A stretch of DNA of 64,000 nt from contig MU053588.1 of assembly GCA_013239625.1 (NCBI GenBank), forward strand, positions 831,988 through 895,987, written 5' to 3'. A model generated the notes under the pieces. It saw nothing but the letters and a program-made list of their open reading frames with translations. It was not told the DNA's origin and made no database searches. Numbering within the stretch: the stretch's first letter is position 1; every line of letters begins with the position of its first letter. A program made the translations under genes and the position numbers. Shown here one piece after another: positions 48,580-60,395 of the stretch. Origin of the DNA: Lama guanicoe. Lineage: Eukaryota.

Positions 48580-49640
48580 GAGACAAGGCCAGACCTTCAT
48601 ATATACCTAGATACATGTAGGAGACCCGCGCCCCGCCCCCTCCAGATCCTTACATCTGGAGAGAACAGACACTCAAAACAGGATACACACAGACATAGAC
48701 AGGGAAGATACAGGCAGATCATCTGAGACAGCTAGACAAAGAGACAGACCCAGACACATGAAGGAGACACAGCCAGACCCTTGGGTACACCCAGAGACAC
48801 TCAGAAAGAGACTGTTAGACCATCAGAAACACCCAGATCCACTTGGGAAAGACACAGCCAGACCCCACCATACACCTGAACACACTTAGAGAAGATACAG
48901 ACACACCTAGAGAGAACCACTCAGATGGGTACACAGATACACAGGGGATATAGACAGTCCCTCTGAAGCAGACACACCCCAGCAGACACAGCCAGGTGGA
49001 CCCACACAGATTCTTGGATATACCCAGACAAGGGAAGGGAAACAGCCAGTGACTCTGATAGTACTGGACACACTCAAGAAGTGATAAGGCCAGACTCTCG
49101 GTTATAGCAGCACACATGGGTCGAAACACACCTCATATACCAGACACTCGAGGAAGAGATTCTCCCCGACATTCTGAAGCATCTGGCCCTCAAAGAAAGA
49201 GACAGCCGGACACCCTGATCCACCCACACTCAGGAACAGCTGCACACTCTGATAGACCAGACACACCCAAGAGGAAGTAAACCTTCTAATATACTTAGAA
49301 ACACCTGACAAGAGACACAGACACTGAAATCCACTCTATGACAAACGGAAGGAGTTACAACCGGACACTCTGACACACCCAGAGACACTCAGGCACCCAC
49401 AGGAAGAAATATAGGCAGACACTCTGATACATCCCAGCTCAAAGGGAAGGGATACAAAGACTGGGTTCACCTAGACACATGACAGGTACCACTCTCCTGG
49501 AATTCGCCTGGGCCCAAGGAGGAGAAGATACAGTCCAAAGTTCGGTCACTCAAGGAAACCTTGGAGAATCTTTGGACTACACCCAGACACACGGGGGCAG
49601 ACACACAGCCAGCCACTCAGACACTGGCTAGGAGGGACAT
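48580..49640. repeat. Low-complexity CAGACAC/AGACAC-rich region in DPF1 intron 3
   Basis: Motif recurs more than 20 times on the + strand. Confidence 0.7.
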
Positions 49641-49728
49641 AAAGGCAGATGCTCAGACGCACACCAGCAGCACCACACACTCCGCGGCCTGTGCTGGGGG
49701 CACCGATGGAGGACGAAGCTCCACTCAC

Positions 49729-49836
49729 CGATCTTGTACTCGCAGGGTCTGAGTCTGGGGTCCTCCAGGATGTTGAGTCTCCGTTTCTTTCTCCAGCAGC
49801 GGGCGGGGTACGTATAGATCTGTCCTGGGGCCAAAC
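49729..49836 (-). CDS. DPF1: DPF1 exon 3 ([36 protein letters not shown])
   Basis: Requiem/DPF N-terminal domain and NLS; ctccag acceptor and gtgagt donor. Confidence 0.97.
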
Positions 49837-49911
49837 CTGGAGTGAGAAGTCGGGTAAGAACGCGGCCGCGAAGCCGCCGCGCCGCCCCACCCCCGCCCTC
49901 CCTGCAGGTAC

Positions 49912-50072
49912 CCGGCCCGCGGTGGGTCTTCTCCATCCAGATGTAGCAGTTGTTCTGGGCCACGCCGGTCTGCGAGTCAAGGAAGGGCAGGCGCAGGCTG
50001 CGCTCGGCGCACAGGCGTGCGTTGTAGCTGCGGCAGTGCTCGATGGCCTCGCGGTAGAAGTCCTCGCCTAGG
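49912..50072 (-). CDS. DPF1: DPF1 exon 2 ([54 protein letters not shown])
   Basis: Requiem N-terminal domain; ctcgcag acceptor and gtacct donor; 161 nt. Confidence 0.97.
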
Positions 50073-50264
50073 CTGCGAGGGGCGGGTGAGCGGGCGGGCA
50101 GCTGTCAGCAAGGGCAGGCGCACCCGGTCGCCCAGCACCCCTCCCCCAGCCCGCCCGTCGAGAGTGGGTGGGCCGACTCCTCCAACCTCGCCTCTCCCCT
50201 CCAGTCGCCCCTGGACCCAGGAACCCCCAACCTGGGGCTTAAGCAGGCCTCGAGCCAACAACGA

Positions 50265-51030
50265 GTGGATACACACAATATAGAAACAGACAAAAATACA
50301 CCGAGACCCATCCGTACAGGCACATATCCAAATCCACAACTCAAACGAATGGCACATAGTCGCACTGGATTCACACACAAAGAGAGACATATCCCAAGAC
50401 TCACAAAGGAGAAATTGACACATCTCACATATGTGCACACACAAATATCTACTGAAAAACACAAATATCTCAAGTCCCATAATGTAGAAACAGACAGATC
50501 ACACACATTTCCATGCGTAAATATACAATCACCCAACAAAGACACACAACATGCAAACAGATCACACACTGCACACACTTACGCGTCCAAAGATACACAC
50601 AGATACACAAATGTTAAAAGAGAAAAAATGTTAAAATAAACTACCCACATATGCACTTACACATATATCCAAAGGCACAACACAAATCTCACACACACAC
50701 ACACACACACACATACACACTATCCAGATACAGTATACAAAGAAATCATAGATTCACACAGGAGACACAAAGATACACAATATAGAAGCCAACATCTAAA
50801 ATGCCACATATTCAGACACACAAAGATACACACATACACAACATAGAAACAGGCAAATCCACTCATATTCACACAAAAATTTGCACATAAATACATGCAT
50901 ACCTACATATCCAATGACACAGAACACAAATGATGTACAGTTTCAAAGGACATGCACACACACTCAAAGACGCAAATATCCAAAGGTACCTAGTGTGGAA
51001 TAAAAGAAATTAAACACATATCCACACATA
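50265..51030. repeat. AC-rich low-complexity tract with (CA)n at about 50690-50720 in DPF1 intron 1
   Basis: Repeated acacaaagatacaca-like units; G-poor on the + strand. Confidence 0.8.
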
Positions 51031-51299
51031 TCCAAAAAAAAAAAAGCAGAAAACCCCAAACCAGGACGCAGACAAGTGACACAGACTCCACATCCCAAGA
51101 CAAAGGTAATACAGGCTTCACTCAAGTTTACCGAGGCCCCTGCGCCCCTAGGCCATTTCACCTTCTCCCCAACCCCGGGGGTCGCAGGGCGGGACATGAC
51201 CCCCTTTTCCGAAGAGGACCCGAAGAGGACTCCGAGTTCCCCATACTCTCCACTCCTCCAGGAGCAGCGCGTTGAACACAGTTCTTGCCAGAGACCCAT

Positions 51300-51680
51300 A
51301 GTCACACACACTCGCAACCCCGTGCAGCCCGGCCCACGGTGACAGCCCCCCAGACACCCCATCGGCCCCACCCCCAGCCGCCACACACACACGCCCGCGA
51401 GGACCCGCCTGCGCGCCCTCCCCCGCCTCCCGCCGGCCCGCAGCACCTCAGGGGGCCGGGGATGACCGTGGCCATCTTGCTCCCCGGGTCCTGCCCCCAG
51501 CAGGTCCCCGCCGGGCTGGTCCTCCCAGCGCTCGGGCGGGCGCTGAGGCCGCCCATCCATTCATTCCCGGGGGGCGGGAGCGCCGGGGCCACCGCCAATC
51601 AGGACGGCGGGGCGGGCCCGCGCGGGCCATGCTGGGAGTGGTAGTTCCAGGCCTGGGGCTGGCCGGACCCCGCGGGGAAA
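51300..51680 (-). promoter_or_regulatory. DPF1 proximal CpG-island promoter (GC boxes, CCAAT 51595, ZNF143/SBS-type motif 51628-51646)
   Basis: CpG-dense; - strand AACTACCACTCCCAGCATG fits ACTAY-RNNN-CCCR; GGGGCGGG boxes. Confidence 0.8.
51447..51475 (-). CDS. DPF1: DPF1 proximal first coding exon (MATVIPGPLS); in-frame upstream ATG at 51556 adds 27 aa (MGGLSARP...)
   Basis: aagATGG Kozak context, ag|gtgctg phase-2 donor; with exons 2-12 gives 1164 nt = 387 aa. Confidence 0.93.
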
Positions 51681-52109
51681 GGGGTCAGAGGTAGGGCCTG
51701 GGGCACGCACAGCCACTCACGCACGCTCACTCATGCACACCTCTGAGTCTCACACTTGGGCCTACACTCACACATGTACACCTGGACTCGCACACACCCA
51801 CCCACGGCAGCTTACACACACATTCACACGTATCCTCACAGCTCCCACGCAGACGCACGCACACTCCCTGTCCCACACCTTCGCACAGACTCACATACAT
51901 TTACACTCACTTCAGTGCTAAGAGACTTAGAGACACCTTACAGGTGCCCACACAAAAGTCCCACCAACACGTGACTCACTGACACCGCCCCCTCCCCCCA
52001 GTCCCTTCTAGCTCCAGAGAACCTTCTCGGGTCCCCTTTGGGGCTGTCGCTCTCACAGTGAGCCAGCCCTGCTCCACCCCTTCCCAGGCCTGACAGCATC
52101 CGTGCCAGT

Positions 52110-52325
52110 TAGGAGCTATAGCCATGCCTCCTGGGTTCAAATCCTGGCTCTGCTCCTTGGTGGCCACGTGACCTTGGGCAAATGACTTAAACTTTCTGGG
52201 CCTCAGTTTCCTCATCTGTAAAGTGAGGATGATACCTCATTGGATTATTGGGAGGATTAAATGAGGAAGTATGCATAAAGTGTTTTAAAAGTTTCTTGGC
52301 AGATAGTAGGTGTTCAATAAACTCA
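52110..52325 (+). mobile_element. MIR SINE (further MIR copies near 530-720, 7235-7445, 11055-11240, 44375-44540, 47540-47800)
   Basis: ctgggttcaaatcctggctctg...gtgaccttgggcaaatgacttaa...cctcagtttcctcatctgtaaa core. Confidence 0.8.
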
Positions 52326-54050
52326 TTCTTTCCACAAAGAGGACCTGATGTGTACTGAGATGCAAAATGGTGACAGCTAACTATTATTAGAAAGAATAGT
52401 GCTGGGCACATAATAGATGCTCAATAAATACTTATTGACTAATGAAAATACTGAGTCACCATGTGCCAGGCACAGTTCTTTAACGGGGGTTAACTCATTT
52501 GATCCTCATAAAGACCCTCTGGGGTCTTTTCCAGATTAGAGGGAAATTTACACGCCCTCAGCCCCTGGTGGCTGTTTGAAGGTGGGACAAAGTGGACTCA
52601 CTCATCCAGATGTCTGTACTCAAATGGGTCATCTCCTTCTTTCTCCTACTGTCACCCACATTGACTCTACCAAAGGGATCCCCAGAGAGTGAGCTGACCT
52701 ACTGAGTCACAACACATGCCCAGGCCTACACACACACCTGGAACAACCCCCACTCCACCCACCCCCGTCCAAAGTTCATGTTCAGGTTTGAGCCCCCACG
52801 TGGATGAAAACCCCCATAAATGTCCTTGTCCACCAGGGGGCTCTCCAGCAGACAGAAGAGGAATTGGAGCCTTCACTTCTGTCACTGGATGCCCCCTGCC
52901 TACCCCCTGGTGAGAGAGACCCCCCTCAAGATTTTCCACACCCATGGTCACTTCTAAACACACACACACACCTCTAGTCTATATCCCTTCCACAATCACC
53001 CCCTGCCCCAGCGTCAACAAGAAGGAGTGGGTCTCTACTTCACATCCAACCTAGAGCAGGTGGCAAGGGGAGTAAGTCAGGGATGCTGCCATCCTCATGC
53101 TCACTCTGGCCTCCAAGTCCCTGTAGTGGCCACGCCATGTCTCCTCCACAGTCAGCTCTGCCCTCCTCCACCTGACCTGACAGCTCATCTCACAGAATGT
53201 CCTTACCACTTTCCTCTCTCACCACCCTCACAGATACCCCAATCCACCCTGACACCTGCTCCCCACACTCCTAGCCTCAGACGCCCTGGCTCACTCCTGC
53301 CCCACCCCAGAACTCTTGCATCAGTTTGGTCAGCTTGGAGCCTGAAGTAGAGCCATCACCTCCCTGGAGGCCCTAGTCCACCAGCAAGTTTTGACGCACA
53401 GACACAAGCTGACACTTGGAGAGGGGCCTCTCTTCCTTTCCTTACCCCTTCACAGATCCCTCTCCCACACTGGAGCCTCCCGCCCAAATAATCCTCCTAT
53501 CCCCCACGGCGCAGAGCCCAGCGTGGAAACTGGGCCACAAAGTGAAACCAATATATTGCTACTACTAATAATCACTGCATTTAGTCAGGTCAGGCTCTGT
53601 ACTGAGTGCTTTACAAACAGCGCAACAGCCCCATGAGGTAATAGGATTCCCCCACTCACAGGAGGTAACACTGAGGTGAGAGGGGGGCACGGATTAGAGG
53701 CGCAAGACGGGGTTTGAAGACCCTCTGCCTCCCACTCCCCAGAGGATTTGACTCACATTGTCTCAGGAGCGCAACCCTGCTCTTGCCCCTGCAGACCCCG
53801 CGGAAGGTAGGAGCAAAGAAGGGTGCTGGCATGCCCACGCCCATGCCTCCAAGGCCCTCCAATGGCTGCCCCACACCTCCTCCAAAAGGTCTGGGCCTGG
53901 GTCAGAGTGAGGAGTCCTGGATGCCTATAGATCCACCAATCTGCATCGGAAGCCCGTCCCAGGCACTTTAGGGGTGTCCCTCCTAGGGGAGGCACGTCTG
54001 TGTGGGACACTTAGAGGGAGAGGAGAGCAGAAGGTATCACCGTCACTCAC

Positions 54051-54058
54051 CACCTCAT
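54051..54058 (-). CDS. DPF1: DPF1 alternative first coding exon (MRC-LGEDFY...)
   Basis: ATG AGG TG|gtgagt, phase 2 compatible with exon 2; predicts a 380-aa product, matching an N-terminus I recall for a human DPF1 isoform. Confidence 0.65.
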
Positions 54059-55299
54059 ACAGACCCCAGCCCCATACACGCCCTCCAAGCCCTCTTCGCT
54101 CACGCAAAGCCACACGTGTAGGCGTGTGCCTTTAACTCCCGCCCCCCTCCTCCCCCAACTTCTCACCAGAAACCAGAAGAAGCTAGGGGCCTTAGGTCTA
54201 GCTACCTGGCACAGGCCTTCTGGAAGGCAGGGTCGGCGGGGGGAGGGGAGCTCCCAGGCCCCTCTCCCCATCCCACCCCCCTACCCCAGCACACGTTGCT
54301 CAAGGTCAAGGCGGCGAATGCAAGGGGTTGGGGGAAGGGTGGGGGAGGTCGCCCCGGCCCCTTTGTGAGGCGCCGCCGGCGTTCGCCCCCCTCCTTCTCC
54401 CCCCAGATCCCAACCCAGGCCGGGGAGGAGGGGGAGGGGAGTGCCGCGCACGCCAGCCAGGGAAGGAGGGCGGGAGCGGTCGCCCGCCTGTCACTCCCAG
54501 CCCGCTGTCACCGCCTGAGGAAGGGGGGTGGGGAGTGCTGGGACCCAGGAGTTCGGGATCCTGAAGAAAGAGCGAGAGAGATAGAAAGAGAGGGAAGAAG
54601 AGAAGTGGAGAGAGCAAGGGATTGTTAGGCGATGGGAGGACCAGGAGAGAGCTAGGTTTGAACCCAGGCGACCAGAATCCCAGCCACTGGGCCCAGGAGG
54701 AAGCTAACGCTCAGAGGAGGCAAGCCAACTGGGAGAAAGGGAGGGAATCCCCGGAGATTGAGGGCGCTCCCAGCACCATCTCCCGAGGCATATGGTCCCC
54801 AAGGGGATGAGAGATGCTTTCCTTAGATGTGTATGGGCGGGGAGCGGGAGGGATCCCACGATCTATGCTGACCCGGGCGTCTGGACTTTAGGTCCTGAAG
54901 ACCCAGAAAGAAAAACGGGGAGACAGTAGGGATCGAACCCGGGACCCCCGACGTCTCAGCTCCCACCCCGCAACCGAGGTCCCCAGAGAAAGAGAAGGAA
55001 AGAGAGGAAGGTGCTTTGATGTGAGAGGAAAGGATGGTGAGGACCCTGGAGACTGAGGTCTGGACTTAGGCGTTTGTGCTCGCAGCCCCATGCAGGGGCA
55101 GGCCCAGCGCCCCGAGAGACTCGGAGGAGGAGAGAGGGAGGAGGAGGAGAGGGAAGCCCCTACCCCCACTCTGGGTGGGGAAACGGCCTCCGCCACCCCC
55201 CAGCCCGCGCCACATTCCTTCACTGACAGCGACAAAGAAGAGGCGCCCCCGCGACCCTGGAGGGGCTCCCGCCCCCAACCCCAGAGGGTGACAGGGGGT

Positions 55300-55765
55300 G
55301 GCGAGCCCCCCAGGGGCGGGGGCGCTCACTGGGGGCCCCCATTCAACTACCATCGGCGTGCTGCGTCCCCCTCCCCAGCGAGGGCGGGGGAAGGGCTCGG
55401 GAAGGGGGCGGGATGGAGGGACGTGGACGGCGGGGACACTCACGACTTGAGCGGGTTCTGAATGGCGGTGGCCATGACCCGCTCGACTGGGCCGCCTCCG
55501 GCCCGGGGCGCCGCTGCCGCCGCGCGCGGGCCCAGCCCGGCCTGCGCCGCCCGCTCTGCCGCCCAGCGCGCTACGATTTCATTCATTCTTGGGGCTGCGG
55601 CGCGAGCGGAGCGGGGCGGGCCGGGGGCGGGGCTCGGCCAATCCCCGCACCTCCCGGCGCACGACGGGACGTGGAGTCTAGGGGCGCGCGGCGGCGCCCG
55701 AGGGTGCCCCTGTCCGGACTACACGTCCCAGGGGGCGTCGGGAGGATCGCGCGCCCATTGGCTAC
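55300..55765 (-). promoter_or_regulatory. DPF1 distal CpG-island promoter (GC boxes, CCAAT 55638, ZNF143/SBS-type motif 55718-55736)
   Basis: CpG-dense; ACTACACGTCCCAGGGGGC; second CCAAT box as ATTGG near 55757. Confidence 0.78.
55444..55475 (-). CDS. DPF1: DPF1 distal alternative first coding exon (MATAIQNPLKS)
   Basis: gtcATGG Kozak context, TC|gtgagt phase-2 donor, inside a CpG island; resembles the DPF3 start MATVIHNPLKA. Confidence 0.88.
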
Positions 55766-56449
55766 TGAGGATACAGGGCGGGGCTGGGCTCCCTCCAGAG
55801 CATCCTTTCCTCCTCCCTGGGGGTGCTCCATCCCCAGCTGGGGCTCTTCATCCTCCAGGCACCGTGGGCGGAGGAGCAGATTATCTCTGGCTTCTGGGTC
55901 TCCCCAGGGTATGTGTATGACCCCAAGGTCTGTCGGGTATTCTTGTCCATGCCTCCTTGTCTGGGTGTCTCTTCTGTGTAAGCCAGCCTGTAAACAAGCA
56001 CAAGGGTTAATCAAGCCTTTGTTCACTTACTTAAGTGCCTGCCCGGCATTCTTCTAGGCACTGGGGATTCAGCGTGACCAACAGACAAAGTCGTTGCCCT
56101 CAAGGAGCTAACCTTTTGGTGGAGAAAAACGGATGATAAACAAGCAAATAAACAGACAAGATCCTTTTAGAGAGTGATAAGTGCCGTAGAGAAAGTGGCT
56201 TCTCTGAGGTGACATTTGAACTGAGGCCTGAGGAATTGCCAAGCATGTGCTAGGAGGGGAGGGGAGAAGAGCTTGGCAAAGTCAAAGATCAGTAAGAAAG
56301 CTAGCGTAGTTAGAGCAGAGTGAGTGAGCGGGGAGGGGGGGGGAATACAAGGTTGGGGGAGAGCAGGGATCCAGATCATGTTGGGCCTTGTAGGGCATTA
56401 TAAAGAAAATGAATTTTGTTCTAAGTGCAATCAATCATCCTTGACGCTC

Positions 56450-57215
56450 CTTTTTCACACACAGCCCAAGTCCATCAGCAAACCCTGTTATCTCTACCTT
56501 CACAGAATAGATCCAGAATCCACCCACCCTTCTCCCTTCATGGCCTCCATCCTGGTACTGCCCATCATCATCTGCCCCCTGGACAGCCATATCTGTTCTC
56601 TCCAAGGCAGCTAGAGTGAGCTATCTAAAACATCACAACGCTCTCTGGCTTAAAACCTCCAATGGCTTCTTTCACACTTAGAATAAAATTTGAAGTCCTC
56701 ACTGTGCCCTCAAGGCCCTACTCAAACCCATCCCCAACCCTTATCCCATTTCTGACCTTATATTCTTCTTTCCCTTGGCTAACTTTGCTTCAGCCACGGT
56801 GGCCTCCTCCCTCCCTGTTCCTGGAACATTCCAGTTCCCACTTCAGCCACAGGACCTTTGTTCTTGATGTCTAGAATGCTCCTCCCCCAGACACCTGCAT
56901 GGCTCCACCCCTCACTTTATTCAGGTTTCTGAATAAATGTCACCTCCTCAGAGATAATCTCGGCTCAAATAGCACCTCTGTAAACTCTCTGTCCTCTTAA
57001 GAGCTTTCTTTTCTCCTAATACTTACCATAGTTTGTCATCATGTTGTAGACCTATTTAGTAATTTGATTTATGGTCTGACTCCACTCATTCGAATACCAG
57101 CTCTGTGAGGTGGGGATTGTTGTTCCATCCACTGCTGTCTCCCCAGTGCCTAGAACACGGCCTGAATAATAGCAGGAGCTCAACAATTATTTGTTGAATA
57201 AATCAATGAATCAAT
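56450..57215 (+). mobile_element. L2 3' segment
   Basis: Ends ccccagtgcctagaac...ctcaacaattatttgttgaataaatcaatgaa. Confidence 0.7.
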
Positions 57216-59559
57216 TCGTCATTCTGCTCCGTGTCTCTCCCCACTGTCTAGCTCTGCAGAGCATGACCAGGAGGGAGAGAGAGTCATGGGGGCTCCAGGC
57301 TGTGCCCTCCCACACAGGGACACCTGGACAATCTGAAGTGGGTGGGGGGTGGGGGTGGGAGGGGGCTGTTGTTTTGTATTAAGGAAACTTTCCCAGCAGA
57401 GGGCCTGGAGCTAAAGCTCTGAGGCAAAGGGAAGGAAGAGGTTAGCAGACATATTCACTCATTTCTGGAGTATCTTGGTTCCCAGCGCTGTGCAGCATTC
57501 TGAGGACACAGCAATGCATCTGACGGCTCTGCCCCAGGCTCTGCCTGAAGCTCATGGTCCAGTAGGGTAATAGACCTATTACCATCCAGTGACAGCCAAG
57601 GATGGGGGAAGCCCAGGCAGAGGATCAGGGCCAGGATAGAAGAGGTGCATGGGGCTGTGGGAGCCCAGAGGAGGCTCCTGACCCAGCCTTTTCCTGACCC
57701 TCTGACCTCTCTAGACATGGAGAAAGTCCCTGTTCTGACCTCTTGGGAACCTGATGCCTGATCTTCCTGTCACCAAGTCTTGGGAACAAATAATGTTCCT
57801 GTAAGTCTCAACCTCTGGTCACTTCTCCTAACTTGGAACCCAAAGATTTGGCCACCAGAGGGCACTGTGACCCCAGTCTTTGTCCCCACAGTTTGCTCCC
57901 AAATCCTCAGATCCGAGAGGGACATCCTGGGGGCCGTGGGGCCAGCCAGTGGAGACACTGACTCTGAGCTTCACAGCCTACTTGGGACCTGGTCACCAGG
58001 ATCTGAACCCCTCCCTTCAAAGGCTCCTGTGGAATCAATAAGAGACCCTCTGTCCCAGAACCCAGGGGGCCCAACTTGGGCCCCTGAGGGAGACACTACT
58101 GCAACTCCCCATCCCTCTCTTCCTCACTAATTTTTAGAGGATGCAGCCCTCCCCAAGCTTCCCTTGGGATGTTCAGACATGACCCTCAGAAGCCTCCTGC
58201 CAAAATGTACTGAGGTACAGAGGAGGTGAGGCTAGGGGGTCACACAATACCAGGGCAATAACAATAGCAATTAATAATAATAACAATAATACATAAAGGT
58301 CCCATTGACTTGTCTCCTGCTGTGTGTCACGACCTGTACTGAGCTTTGCACAGGTTTGACGTCATTATCACATAGACCAAGCAGGACTCCTCAGCTCAGC
58401 GTCAGACTAGGCGACTTGGGCTCGTACAGACAATACCCTCGCCAAGAAACCCCACCCATCGGGGTGGGGAGAGCTGGGATTTGAACCTGGGTCTTACTCA
58501 GAAGTGAAACCTCATGCCATCTCCCTGTGATTCTCTGAGGGGAATCTGCTCAGGCCCTCCATGAAAATGCCATCCCAGCCCACCCATGCCTCCCCCCAGG
58601 CCTAGGGATCCAGGGTCTCTGAAGGCAGATTCCAGAATCCCAGGTCTCAGAAGGCAACCCCCAAGTCTTCCTAATGACCACCAAAGCCTGAGAATCAAAG
58701 TTTGTGTTTGGGGACAAAGGCAGGAAGGAAAAACAAAATGCAGTTTCAGGGATGGTTCTCAAGCTCTGGGGTGGGGAGGGGCGATGGGGAGGGGCTTGCT
58801 CCAGAGGCCACAGAGCCAGTGGTGGAGCGTGGGGTCCACAGGCCGACTTCCTGTGTCCTGTGTGGCTCTGCTGGAACTTTTTGGCACTTCAGTTTTCTCA
58901 TCTGTAAAATGGGAGTACTGGATCCAGCCACACAGGTTCGTGGTAAGGATGTTCTGGGTTCATGTCAAGCCCTTAGTGCTTGGCACATTTCAGCACACAA
59001 TAAATATCACCAGTGACCCTCACATCATAAATTCCTGTGGCTGAAAACCTACTGTGTGCTGTGCCCAGGCTGACGGTTGTGTATATATAATCTCAACAGC
59101 CCAGAGAGGGGCAATCTCTGGCTGGAGACCACAAAGAAATCACGACGTCTGGACTTGGACTCAGGTGTGCTGAACCCAAAGCATCCTTTCGGCTGCCCGG
59201 ATGGGGTGGTTATGGGAGGAGTCGCGGTCACAGAATCCTCTTACCTCTGCCAGGCACCGCACTAACCGTGTACACCTGTGTGACCCTCACAGCTATCCTG
59301 AGAGGAGGGATCCAGTGAGACCACATGAGGTATAAAACCTAGGGTAAGGAGTCTGGGTTTGATTCTGAGGATGGAGGGAAGCCAGTGGAGGGTTTTAAGC
59401 ATGATCTCATTCTGTTCTAGAAAGATCTCCATGGCTGCAAGTGTGGGCCAGATGGTGGGAACAAGGGAGGAGGAGGGAGGCCTGAGAGGAGGCTGTGATG
59501 GCTCAGGTGGGAGGATGGGTCAGGGTGCGGCCGAGATGGTGATGAGAGGCAGCAGAAGG

Positions 59560-60005
59560 TGGCCGCTGTAACTGAAGACCACAAACTTGGCTTAGCTAAC
59601 AGAAGTCTACACTCTCAGAGCTTTAGAAGCCAGAAGTCGGACATCAGTATCACTGGGTTGAAATCAAGGTGTCGGCTGGGCCCTACTCCCTCTGGAGGCT
59701 CTGGGGGATACTGTGTTCCTTGCCTCTTCCAGTGTCTGTTCCTTGGCTTGTGGCCAAGTCCCTTCAATCTTCAAGCCTCCTTCTTCACGTCACCTCCTCC
59801 TCTGTGTGTGTGCATCTGTTCCTCTGCTTCTCTCTTAGAAGGAGACTTATAAGTGATGGTATTTAAGGCCACTTGGAAGTCCAGGATACTCTCTCCATCT
59901 CAAGATCCTTGACGTCTCAGGAGCCTTTGATCCTGCAAAGACTCTTTTTCCTTATAAGGGATGAGGACCTGGTAGCTTTGGGGTGCCATGATTCTGCCTA
60001 CCACA
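59560..60005. mobile_element. MLT1-type MaLR LTR relic
   Basis: ccacaaacttggctta...agaagtc...tccctctggaggctctggggg...attctgcctaccaca. Confidence 0.65.
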
Positions 60006-60270
60006 GCAGAGCAGGCAGCATTTGTAGCTGGATGATTTATGGAGCATGAGGGTAAGAGTGTGGAGTGTGAAGAAGGATTCCAACCTCTATGGTCCAAGCT
60101 ACTGCAGGGATGGAGTCACCATCGCTGAGAAGGGGCTGGAGTGGGAGAGGCAGGTTGGGGAGAGCCCTGGAGCCTGGCTTCAAAAGTGGAAGCACTGGGT
60201 TTGAGATGGACATCGGGCATCCAAGTGGGGCTGCTGGGTAAGCCTGGAGGTTCAGTTAAAGAGAGAAATT

Positions 60271-60395
60271 GGGGGGGGGTATAGCTCAGTAGCAGAGTGT
60301 GTGCTTAGCACACATGAGGTCCTGGGTTCAATACCCAGTACCTCCATTAAAATAAATAAATAAACCTAATTACCTCTCCCCCCCAAAAAAGAGAG
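60271..60395 (+). mobile_element. Camelid tRNA-derived SINE
   Basis: gggtatagctcagt...gaggtcctgggttcaat...aaataaacctaattacct. Confidence 0.85.

Noticed and set aside
51475..55475. The two MAT start codons are exactly 4000 bp apart
   Set aside because: Numerical coincidence with no mechanistic meaning
55413..56057. 214-aa + strand ORF across the distal CpG island
   Set aside because: Stop-poor GC-rich promoter sequence antisense to DPF1 exon 1; no coding signature
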